Below are positions 1 through 7,978 of a stretch of 16,084 bases of DNA, piece by piece. How positions within the stretch are numbered: the first letter of the stretch is position 1; each line of letters opens with the position of its first letter. Made by a program: the position numbers and the translations under genes. This stretch comes from Candidatus Heimdallarchaeota archaeon (GTDB lineage Archaea; Asgardarchaeota; Heimdallarchaeia; Heimdallarchaeales; Heimdallarchaeaceae), in contig DXJF01000008.1 in assembly GCA_019057375.1 (NCBI GenBank), positions 1 to 16,084 of the forward strand. The letters run 5' to 3'. Below the pieces are notes generated by a model that did no database searches, was not told where the DNA came from, and worked only from the letters and a program-made list of their open reading frames with translations.

Positions 1-1296
1 ATAAACAACCGCTTCTTTTTCCTCACATTTGATGGAATTTACTTTTAGATAAATATATTCTTGATCTGCCCAAATTTGTTGAGCTGGCTTTTCTACCTTT
101 TCAAAAGGATATCCTGGATAAATCAGTTCCATGAAATTGTCATACTGTGTCCCTGATATGTTTATCTTATAGGTATCATTCCAAGTTGGTTTAACATTGA
201 ATTGTCTAGAAATCGTTGGTAAAAAGCCAATTCTAGTAATAATTTCTGACAATTGAAAAGCAAGAGATGACGAAATAGTTTTGTAAAAAGCTTTTCTTTT
301 TTCTTTTACACTTCCATCTCCATAAAATGCACCCTTGACAAGTTCGATTAACAAATCGTTTTCTTGATTCAGTACATTTTCAGGTATTTTCTTATTCTTA
401 GAACCCATTGGGAATAGTCTTTCAAAGAATGTTGCTATCAAGTGTGAGTGTGCAATCAAAACTGCAGAATTCTTTGTTTTGTGAAATCTAATTTTCGTAT
501 TTTTATATCCGAATATCTTTTCAATTAGATCAACTACATCCTGGTGGTATTCTATTTCATCTTTTGAAAATGCAAATCTTAGTGTCCGATTATTTTTTGC
601 TCCAGCTACATAGCCTTCAGCGAGAAAATAACCATAAAGCTTCATTAAATCAGCGTTCAGAGTTATATACCTATTAATTGTCAAAGGTTCGATGTGTCTT
701 TGATAACTGATCTCATCTAAATAATGGTTGACTCTTTGATTAAGGATCATATTCTGTGATTGTCCACCTTGAACTATGTTTGCGATTATCCTTTTTGTTG
801 TTGAAAAACGAACAGCTAAATCTTGATATGATTCATCGTTCGGATTGAAACCTATTTTTGTTGTCCAGACTTTTTCATCGTCAAATAAACATTGCACATA
901 ATCCGTTAGATCATAAATTGTTTTTTGCAATTTTCTTGCATTAGTTTTTGGAATTACAACTAAGTCTCCTTTTCTAAGATAAGAAGCCTCAATCCATTCT
1001 AAACCCAAGTTATGCTTTTTCTTTTCAAAGTAATATTTTGAACCATATTTCTTTATTTTCTCAGAATCTTGATTGAAGGAAATTGCTAGAAGAGGATGTT
1101 CAGGTGTTATTTTAATAACAGCGGGAGAACCTTTTACTTTAATATTCAAAATTTTACCTGTATATATTCTTTTATACTTCTTAGTAACCATTCTTTTTTT
1201 ATTAAGATGGGTTATTACATAATCTCCAACAGAAACATCCTTAATCTTTCTTACTGAATAATCAGACATTGTAACTAGTGAATCTTCTTCTAGACA
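1..1296 (-). mobile_element. Intein with LAGLIDADG (DOD) homing endonuclease, inserted in guaB; at least 432 aa, truncated at the window edge
   Basis: After GPGSI the expected CTT is replaced by CLEEDSLVTMSDYSVRKIKDVSVGDYVITH (block A, Cys codon 1296-1294). Block B TPEH at 1107-1096; LAGLIDADG motifs LYGYFLAEGY (639-610) and LVKGAFYGDGS (342-310); block H-like TISSSLAFQLSEIITRIG. The frame ends KVNSIKCEEKEAVVY, which resembles the start of block F. Confidence 0.93.
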
Positions 1297-2193
1297 AATA
1301 CTCCCAGGTCCAACTCCTACTTTAACTGCATCACAACCAGCTTCAATGAGAGCTTTTGTTCCCTCACCAGTAGCCACATTACCCGCAATAATCTCGATAT
1401 CACTAAAATTCTTTCGTATTTCTTTAACTGTATTAATAGCTAAATCAGAATGTCCATGAGCTATATCAATAACTAATGCATCAGCATCTGCATTGACAAG
1501 TTTTTCAGCTCTTTGCAGATAATCTCCACGAACACCAATAGCAGCTGCAACTAGCAACCGTCCTTTAGAATCTTTAGATGAATCAGGTAAGACTTTACTT
1601 TTGATAATATCCTTAGAAGTGATTAATCCTTTTAGAAATCCTTTTTCATCTATTAGAGGTAACTTCTCTATTCTATTCTTTTGAAGATAATCCTTAGCTG
1701 CTTCAATAGTTATATCAGGAGAAGCAGTTACTAGATCAGTTGACATTAAATCAGAGATTTTAGTAACACCATCTTCTTCAAACATAATGTCTCGAGTTGT
1801 AAGAATACCTACTAATTTGTCTGAAAGATCTGTGACTAGAATTCCAGAAATTCCTTTATCTTCCATCATATTTCTGGCATCATCTAAAGTGTTTTCAGGC
1901 CCTAAACGATAAGGGTGATCTATCCTGATCATTTCTGAACGTTTTACCTTAGTTACTTCAGAAACATGGTCCTCAACAGACATAAAACGATGAATGATAC
2001 CAATAGCTCCCATCTGAGCCATCACAATAGCCATCTTACTTTCTGTAACTGTATCCATGTTAGAACTGACTATGGGTACATTCAATTTTATATTTCGAGA
2101 AAGATAAGTAGAAGTTTCAACATCTTTTCTAGATGTAACAGAGGAACGCTTTGGTACTAAAAGTACATCATCAAAAGTTAATCCTTCACGCAT
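1..2193 (-). CDS. guaB: IMP dehydrogenase with two CBS domains, intein-interrupted; 3' end lies beyond the left window edge
   Basis: I translated this by hand because it is absent from the ORF track (no stop in the window). Open frame of 731 codons from ATG 2193 to base 1. It starts MREGLTFDDVLLVPKRS and contains PIVSSNMDTVTE, GAIGIIHRFMS, a CBS pair (LVGILTTRDI; IEKLPLID..LKGLITSKDI), GRLLVAAAIG, VIDIAHGHS, IIAGNVAT and AVKVGVGPGSI. The C-extein is not visible, so a CBS-type GMP reductase cannot be fully excluded. Confidence 0.9.
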   Translation of the reverse strand, partial: MREGLTFDDVLLVPKRSSVTSRKDVETSTYLSRNIKLNVPIVSSNMDTVTESKMAIVMAQMGAIGIIHRFMSVEDHVSEVTKVKRSEMIRIDHPYRLGPENTLDDARNMMEDKGISGILVTDLSDKLVGILTTRDIMFEEDGVTKISDLMSTDLVTASPDITIEAAKDYLQKNRIEKLPLIDEKGFLKGLITSKDIIKSKVLPDSSKDSKGRLLVAAAIGVRGDYLQRAEKLVNADADALVIDIAHGHSDLAINTVKEIRKNFSDIEIIAGNVATGEGTKALIEAGCDAVKVGVGPGSICLEEDSLVTMSDYSVRKIKDVSVGDYVITHLNKKRMVTKKYKRIYTGKILNIKVKGSPAVIKITPEHPLLAISFNQDSEKIKKYGSKYYFEKKKHNLGLEWIEASYLRKGDLVVIPKTNARKLQKTIYDLTDYVQCLFDDEKVWTTKIGFNPNDESYQDLAVRFSTTKRIIANIVQGGQSQNMILNQRVNHYLDEISYQRHIEPLTINRYITLNADLMKLYGYFLAEGYVAGAKNNRTLRFAFSKDEIEYHQDVVDLIEKIFGYKNTKIRFHKTKNSAVLIAHSHLIATFFERLFPMGSKNKKIPENVLNQENDLLIELVKGAFYGDGSVKEKRKAFYKTISSSLAFQLSEIITRIGFLPTISRQFNVKPTWNDTYKINISGTQYDNFMELIYPGYPFEKVEKPAQQIWADQEYIYLKVNSIKCEEKEAVVY

Positions 2194-2222
2194 AATCTCA
2201 GTCCAATGAAAAAATCCATGGA

Positions 2223-2231
2223 TATTTAAAA
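2223..2231 (-). promoter_or_regulatory. Putative TATA box for guaB
   Basis: TTTTAAATA on the minus strand, about 30 nt upstream of ATG 2193. Position is plausible, but the background is AT-rich. Confidence 0.4.
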
Positions 2232-2302
2232 GGATTGTTTACCAAGATTGAAATTTTGCAGAATGGCGTAAAAAGTGTTAATATTAAACTCATAAGATAT
2301 TA

Positions 2303-2315
2303 TTGATAATTTATC
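2303..2315. promoter_or_regulatory. Perfect 6-1-6 palindrome TGATAA-T-TTATCA, candidate transcription-factor site
   Basis: Seen directly in the divergent guaB / zinc-ribbon gene intergenic region, about 22 nt upstream of the TATA-like box at 2338. Confidence 0.3.
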
Positions 2316-2337
2316 ACTTATTTGGTCAAAGGTACTG

Positions 2338-2345
2338 TTTATAAG
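2338..2345 (+). promoter_or_regulatory. Putative TATA box for the zinc-ribbon membrane protein gene
   Basis: TTTATAAG about 30 nt upstream of ATG 2374. Confidence 0.45.
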
Positions 2346-2373
2346 GCTATTAAATGCAGATTCATTGATTACA

Positions 2374-3258
2374 ATGAATCAAGATTATAATACTCAGCCT
2401 TTTGAATATGCAAAAAGTAAGATTTCTGAAAGTGCAGATAAACTGTATAAGTACATAATTTTGGCCACAATTATAGGGATTGCATTAGTTGTTATAATTG
2501 CAATTACACTTTTTGTAGTTTTAATCCCCTTAGGATTTACTATAGAAGATTTTAATCCAAACAATATCTATGCGACAGGTGAAGCTATTATTGCTAGTGG
2601 GATCTTATCATCAGGGATAATAGCAGTAGTTTTTCTGGGAATAGCACTTGTTGCACTGCTTGTAATTCTATTTATGAGCTATGTCCAATACTACCGTTTG
2701 GGAACTGGATTCAACAAGTTATATGAAGCTGAACGAACACTAGAGACTACTAAATTCATAAGCTATGGATTTTATGGATATATCATAGCTATTATTGCAG
2801 GAATGTTTATACCTGGAGTTACAGGAAACGTTATATCTATTGCAGGAAATGTTTCTCTTGCTGCAGCAGCATTTCTAATATACCAATTATTTAATGAATA
2901 CAAAAGTAAAGGAAGATTCCGTGGAAAACCTTCAATGTATCTTTTTATTGGTTTAGCAGTGAATGTAGTATCCTCTATATCTTCAATGTTTAGTACATAT
3001 GGTTCTATAGGAAGTCTAGTCGGATTTATACTAATGTTACTAGGTTTTCGAGATCTTAGTAGAGACATAAGAATGGTTGAATCACAAAGTCATCAAGAAA
3101 TGACTGCTCAAGCAGCTCCTGTTGAAAGTTACAGTGAATCAAAACCCACAGTTGCACAAGTAGAACCAGCTCTAAATAAAGCTCATTTTTGCTCAAAATG
3201 CGGTGCAAAAATAACTACAGATGGGGAGTTCTGTCAAAATTGTGGAGCTTCTCTCTAA
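2374..3258 (+). CDS. Multi-pass membrane protein with C-terminal zinc ribbon (294 aa from ATG 2374; TTG 2365 is an alternative start)
   Basis: About 6 hydrophobic segments, a polar linker, then FCSKCGAKITTDGEFCQNCG (CxxC-x10-CxxC). Confidence 0.85.
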   Translation: MNQDYNTQPFEYAKSKISESADKLYKYIILATIIGIALVVIIAITLFVVLIPLGFTIEDFNPNNIYATGEAIIASGILSSGIIAVVFLGIALVALLVILFMSYVQYYRLGTGFNKLYEAERTLETTKFISYGFYGYIIAIIAGMFIPGVTGNVISIAGNVSLAAAAFLIYQLFNEYKSKGRFRGKPSMYLFIGLAVNVVSSISSMFSTYGSIGSLVGFILMLLGFRDLSRDIRMVESQSHQEMTAQAAPVESYSESKPTVAQVEPALNKAHFCSKCGAKITTDGEFCQNCGASL

Positions 3259-3260
3259 AC

Positions 3261-3271
3261 TTCTTTTTTTT
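3261..3271 (+). terminator. Oligo-T archaeal-type terminator candidate
   Basis: TTCTTTTTTTT begins 3 nt after the TAA at 3256-3258. Confidence 0.5.
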
Positions 3272-3382
3272 ACAATTCCACCTTTTTGCAATCAATGTTC
3301 AACTGATACTTAAAATGATTGTTTACAGATATAGATTTTTTGCAATTTAAAAAAAGAGGGAAAAGAGCTCAGTAACTGAATT

Positions 3383-3732
3383 TCATACATTGGTTGCTTC
3401 TGGAGGTGGTCCAGAGGGTTTCCACATCCAGATTTTTAGCAACCAAATGGTCACGATAATTCCTACTAAAGCTATACCAAAAGCCAATGCATAAGACTGA
3501 GCGAAAGCTATCAACCATGCGGTACCCCACCCTGGGGCAAAGTGCATAGCTAACCAAGGAACTTTAATGAAAGGTACTGGGACCGCTATTTCAATACAAA
3601 GAAGTACATCTACAATTAATCCAAATCCCCTGACTCAGCTGTTTCTTTAATTAGAGAACATGCTTTCTCTTCAGCTGTTTCTATGTTTACAATTTTTTGA
3701 AATTTCTTTAGTTCTTCTTTGATGTCAACCAT
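3383..3732 (-). pseudogene. Small membrane-protein gene split by a 1-nt frameshift (pseudogene or assembly error); 116 aa if restored
   Basis: ATG 3732 gives MVDIKEELKKFQKIVNIETAEEKACSLIKETAESG-DLD* (stop 3618-3616). Adding one G in the G4 run (C4 at 3627-3630 on +) continues the protein as GFGLIVDVLLCIEIAVPVPFIKVPWLAMHFAPGWGTAWLIAFAQSYALAFGIALVGIIVTIWLLKIWMWKPSGPPPEATNV* (TGA 3385-3383). A TTTATA box lies at 3773-3768 upstream. Confidence 0.6.
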
Positions 3733-3806
3733 ATCAATCGCTAAAATCGCCTACTCTTATACCAATGTATAAACTTTGGCAAAGAAAAAGAAAAGAAGAT
3801 GAAGTA

Positions 3807-4763
3807 TTATTTATATGGAATTCCTAGTTTTTCACTAACTCCATCAAGCATCTCTACAACCATTTTATTGAATGGAAATTCTGGATCCCAACCCCACTCT
3901 TCACGAGCAGCACTGTCATCTAAACTTTGAGGCCAAGAACGAGCGATAGTATCTCGGAAATCAGGTTTGTAGGTAATTTCAAAGTCAGGAATATTCTCTT
4001 TTATTGCATTAGCTAGCTCTTCTGGAGTGAAACTCATTCCAGTAACATTAAAGGAACGATGTTTGAGTTTATCATCAGGAGCTTCAATTAAATCAAAAGT
4101 GGATTTGAGACAATCTGACATCATCATCATAGGCAACCTTACATCGCTCGCTAGGAAACATTCGTATTTCTTGTTTTTAATCGCCTCGAAAAACATCCAG
4201 ATGCTATAATCAGTTGTACCTCCACCTGGTTCACTTGGTGAAAGTACTCCTGGATATCTCAAACTTCTGAAGTTTAGACCATACTTTTTATTGTAATATT
4301 CACCCATGAGTTCAACATATACTTTTGAAATTCCATAGATTGTTGTTGGATGCATAATGGTATCATTTGGAGTATTCACCAAAGGTGTTGTTGGTCCAAA
4401 AGCAGCTATTGATGATGGTGCAAACAGCTGTTCTAGATTTAGTTCACGTGTTGCTTCAAGAACATTATAAAACCCTTCAAAGTTTATTTCATGTGCTAGC
4501 TGTGGATTCTTCTCCCCTGTAGCTGATAAAACTGAAGCATTATGCAAAATAATATCTATATCATACTCAACCAATAAGTTTCTTAGACCATATTGATCTC
4601 TCACATCTAGTCTGTGATAGATTACATCTAATTCTTTGAATGTAGGATTGATTTTTTTTCTTCCTGTAGCAACAACGTTTTCCTTCCCATAACGTTCTAG
4701 CATAGCTGGAATAAGATCCATTCCTATTTGGCCATATGAACCTGTTACAAAATATCTTTTCAT
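3807..4763 (-). CDS. tdh: NAD-dependent SDR epimerase/dehydratase family, most likely L-threonine 3-dehydrogenase (SDR type)
   Basis: VTGSYGQIG Rossmann motif, HNASVLSATGEKNPQLA, PSSIAAFGP, PTTIYGISK (YxxxK), RSLRYPG, GGGTTDY and IARSWP match the SDR-type TDH pattern as I recall it. GGTGA ribosome-binding site at 4773-4769. Confidence 0.85.
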   Translation of the reverse strand: MKRYFVTGSYGQIGMDLIPAMLERYGKENVVATGRKKINPTFKELDVIYHRLDVRDQYGLRNLLVEYDIDIILHNASVLSATGEKNPQLAHEINFEGFYNVLEATRELNLEQLFAPSSIAAFGPTTPLVNTPNDTIMHPTTIYGISKVYVELMGEYYNKKYGLNFRSLRYPGVLSPSEPGGGTTDYSIWMFFEAIKNKKYECFLASDVRLPMMMMSDCLKSTFDLIEAPDDKLKHRSFNVTGMSFTPEELANAIKENIPDFEITYKPDFRDTIARSWPQSLDDSAAREEWGWDPEFPFNKMVVEMLDGVSEKLGIPYK

Positions 4764-4875
4764 TTTAGTTCACCATATAAGATAAAAACAAACGAAAAAC
4801 GAATTTTAAAAATCTATTGCAATGGTATTAGAATCTAAATAAAAAGAAATTAAAAAAAGAAAAAAAGAGAAGAGA

Positions 4876-7632
4876 TTAGTGAGTTAATTTCCTTTTCCTT
4901 CTAAGCGCTAGATAGACAGCTGCAGAAAGAGCTCCTAGAATTGGTATCAGGGTTATAGCACTGAATTCAGGTATAATGACTGGTTCCTCAATCTTCCACC
5001 AGCAATCTAATGTTTGAACAATTCCTGTGACGACATCAGCAACTATGAAGTAAACATCATACCAACCACCGTTCAAAAATACCCAATTGACATCGAAACT
5101 ATACGTTGTCATCGACAGTACCAATTTCGTTTCATTATGGGCTATCCACGAGTCACTTCCTTGTACTATTTTTACTACAAGATTAAGATCTTTGTCTATT
5201 GAATAGAGATTACCTACACCAAATTGCATAATGTAGTTTACTCCTACTTCTCCATAGTAACCCTGTTCAATCCATATGTCTAACCAACCATCATCATGGA
5301 TATACCAACGACATTCAGCTATCCAAACATTTCCTGTTTGTAATTCAACTACTACGAAGTAGATATGGAATATTCCTGGATTCATGAATATATAGCTAAG
5401 GTTCCACATGAGTAATTGATAAGCTAGTAAAACCAAAGAATCGGTATATAGAATTACAATTCCGTAACCCGTGTCTATTCTTACTTCTACGTAAATTGGT
5501 GCATCATAACTATAGTAACTTTGTGCGTAGAATGCCATCCATACTTCTTGGCCAACAACAGCTTCGTAGTCCTGAATTATCCAGACATCAATGAATCCTT
5601 CATAGATACTCCATCGACAGTATTTTATCCATTCAAAACCTGTTGCATTATCTATAACTATCAAGGTTACAGTGTACAATCCTGCGTATAGGAATGTATA
5701 AGGCAATGTGAATGTGTAGATACCATTAGCTGGAATCACCACCGTAGTATCAGTATAAACCATTATAGAATCCGTACCATCACTTATCCAGACCTGAACG
5801 GTCAAATCCATAACAGTTGAGTAGTAGTTTACTATCCAAAATTCCATAAGGACTTCTTCGCCAACTGAAGCTTCCAAATCTTGGACAATCCAGATGTCAA
5901 GATATTCTGCATAGATCCACCACCAACAATATTCTATCCACACTAGTCCCGTATCAAGTTCCGTTACAACTAGTATCACATCATAGTAACCTACCATTGC
6001 AAATACGTACCATAGTTCAAAGAAATAGAACCCAAGTGCATCTATAAGTACAATTTCATAGTATAGTTGAACATAGTCTACTCCATCGAAAATCAGTATT
6101 TCAACACCTACATTCTTCTCTACTGCAAAGAAATTATAGATTTCAAACATCATCCAGAGTTCTTGATCTAGTAATCCATAGTATTCTTGGTAAATATAGA
6201 GTTCAAAATATCCCCAATAGACGTACCAATAGCAATAATCTACATAAAATATACTTGAGAATAAATCGATAACAACTATTTTTACATCCCAATAATCAGC
6301 ATAAAGGAACACCCAGTATACCGTAAAGTTATACACTTCTCCAGGAGCGATATCCGTAGTCTCTCCATATATCAGGATGCTATGCGTTGCATTAGTTATC
6401 CACACTTCAATAGCTATATCTCGATCAACTGCATAATTGCTCATGACCCAACAATACATAATTGCTTCTTCAGAAACGAAAACTTCGTATTGTTGGTAAA
6501 TCCAGACATCTATGAAACCTCCATAGATCCACCATCCTTCTAGGCAATATTCTATCCACGTAAGTTCAAATTCATAAACATACACTTCAACATAGAGTTC
6601 CCAAAATCCTTCATAGATGAATGTATAAAAGATTTCATCCATAAAATACGTCCCAGCATTTATTGTTACAAGAACATTGAAATATAGCTCGAAAGTATGT
6701 GTTCCGTTTGTAATCCAAACAGAGACGTCAGCAGTAATATCGATAGCATAGTAATTGTAAACCCAAATCTGTATTCTTTCTTCAACACCGATCCAAGCTT
6801 CATAGTTTTGCTCAATTATAATATCAATGAACCCATCAAATACTTCCCAGTAGCAATAAGCATACCATTCTTTTTGTTCTACAATATCCATAACTTCTAC
6901 AATCACATCATAAAACCCCGCTACTACAAAGGTCCAATAGACTACTATTATCAGCACATCATAAGCATTTACCCACGTGGTTTCTTCATGTATTTGTACT
7001 GGAGGACCTGAACCATCATCAATTAATACTTCAATATACAATTCTTTAGCAATGGCATACCCATTATAGATGTATATCTCTATTTTAATTTCTATTCCGA
7101 CTTGTGCTTCGTAGTCTTGATAAATATATATTTCAAAATAACCATCAATAACTTCCCATTGACACTCAGTTGTAACTTCTTGTTGATGTGTTAGATCCAT
7201 CACTTTGAGATTAGCTAAATGGAAACCTACTAACGTGAAAACATGAGTAACATTAAACACATATTCCAGGTAAGGATAGAGTACTCTCGTTTCTTCATAG
7301 ATGAGAAAAACACTACCATTATCATATTGAATCCATACTTCTATTTCGACGTCAATTTCAATTCCATAAAGACTTAGCACATGACACTCTATCAAGGCCA
7401 AGTCATACACCGTTATCACAAAATCTTGCACAATCCATATTTCGATTGTATCTTCAGTGTCTTTCAATCCCACTTCATTTTGTGCCGGTTCAGTTACTAC
7501 TTGTTGCACTTCCTGATTAGAGGGGTCTTGATTGTAATTTAGAGCTTGTGCAGCTTGATTAGATCCCACAATCATCGAAAATGTCAAAAGTAGAATAATA
7601 AATGTTGTTTTCATTAATTTTCGTCTGTTCAT
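4876..7632 (-). CDS. Secreted, membrane-anchored cell-surface repeat protein with PEF-CTERM sorting signal
   Basis: Signal peptide MNRRKLMKTTFIILLLTFSMIVGSNQAAQA (start 7632 or 7614; the track used GTG 7644). Eight beta-rich repeats and 8 N-x-S/T sequons. C-terminus IIPEF + TM (SAITLIPILGALSAAVYLAL) + RRKRK; PEF at 4971-4963. Confidence 0.88.
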   Translation of the reverse strand: MNRRKLMKTTFIILLLTFSMIVGSNQAAQALNYNQDPSNQEVQQVVTEPAQNEVGLKDTEDTIEIWIVQDFVITVYDLALIECHVLSLYGIEIDVEIEVWIQYDNGSVFLIYEETRVLYPYLEYVFNVTHVFTLVGFHLANLKVMDLTHQQEVTTECQWEVIDGYFEIYIYQDYEAQVGIEIKIEIYIYNGYAIAKELYIEVLIDDGSGPPVQIHEETTWVNAYDVLIIVVYWTFVVAGFYDVIVEVMDIVEQKEWYAYCYWEVFDGFIDIIIEQNYEAWIGVEERIQIWVYNYYAIDITADVSVWITNGTHTFELYFNVLVTINAGTYFMDEIFYTFIYEGFWELYVEVYVYEFELTWIEYCLEGWWIYGGFIDVWIYQQYEVFVSEEAIMYCWVMSNYAVDRDIAIEVWITNATHSILIYGETTDIAPGEVYNFTVYWVFLYADYWDVKIVVIDLFSSIFYVDYCYWYVYWGYFELYIYQEYYGLLDQELWMMFEIYNFFAVEKNVGVEILIFDGVDYVQLYYEIVLIDALGFYFFELWYVFAMVGYYDVILVVTELDTGLVWIEYCWWWIYAEYLDIWIVQDLEASVGEEVLMEFWIVNYYSTVMDLTVQVWISDGTDSIMVYTDTTVVIPANGIYTFTLPYTFLYAGLYTVTLIVIDNATGFEWIKYCRWSIYEGFIDVWIIQDYEAVVGQEVWMAFYAQSYYSYDAPIYVEVRIDTGYGIVILYTDSLVLLAYQLLMWNLSYIFMNPGIFHIYFVVVELQTGNVWIAECRWYIHDDGWLDIWIEQGYYGEVGVNYIMQFGVGNLYSIDKDLNLVVKIVQGSDSWIAHNETKLVLSMTTYSFDVNWVFLNGGWYDVYFIVADVVTGIVQTLDCWWKIEEPVIIPEFSAITLIPILGALSAAVYLALRRKRKLTH
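4981..7446 (-). repeat. Eight tandem ~103-aa protein-level repeats (probably Ig-like beta-sandwich)
   Basis: Each unit starts (F/Y/W)-(I/L/F)-(D/E)-(I/V/L)-(W/Y/I)-I-x-Q and ends with C-x-W or a close variant: ECQW, YCYW, YCLEGWW, YCYW, YCWW, YCRW, ECRW, DCWW. 2466 nt divided by 8 is about 103 codons. DNA identity between units is low, implying old duplications. Confidence 0.88.
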
Positions 7633-7978
7633 TTGAATACACACCCGTTCTGTGAGTACAACATACTATATTGAAAAGTTGTATATATCTCTTTCCTCAA
7701 ATCAAAAGCCTTTTAGAAACCGACAAAAATGAAATAGAATTCTGAAGTTGTCATATTTAGAAAACCCAATAAATTTGCAAGATACGTTGTATTTTTTCTG
7801 AACACCCATCAACCATCACCTTAACTAAATATCGTTCATTTAAACAAAATTACAATCATTATCTTCTTTCTTCACTTTGTCTAATTAAAAAAAACTATAG
7901 AAAGTATTAAAAAAGCCTTTGAGAAGGTCATGCATCCGTGAAAACTCATGGAAGCAAAAGGTAGTTGGGAGTTTGGAA

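Noticed and set aside
1966-2160. 64-aa + strand ORF
   Set aside because: Antisense shadow of guaB.
2772-3068. 98-aa - strand ORF
   Set aside because: Antisense shadow within the zinc-ribbon membrane protein gene.
3369-3557. 62-aa - strand ORF from the track
   Set aside because: Off-frame to the more coherent frameshifted membrane-protein gene at 3383-3732; composition is not protein-like.
3620-3635. Programmed -1 ribosomal frameshift site
   Set aside because: No canonical slippery heptamer in the zero frame and no clear downstream stimulatory structure.
4027-4209. 60-aa + strand ORF
   Set aside because: Antisense shadow of tdh.
5014-7011. + strand ORFs 5014-5202 and 6697-7011
   Set aside because: Antisense shadows of the PEF-CTERM gene.
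7615-7632. Twin-arginine (Tat) signal in MNRRKL
   Set aside because: Lacks the RRxFL consensus; a Sec-type signal with AQA cleavage site fits better.
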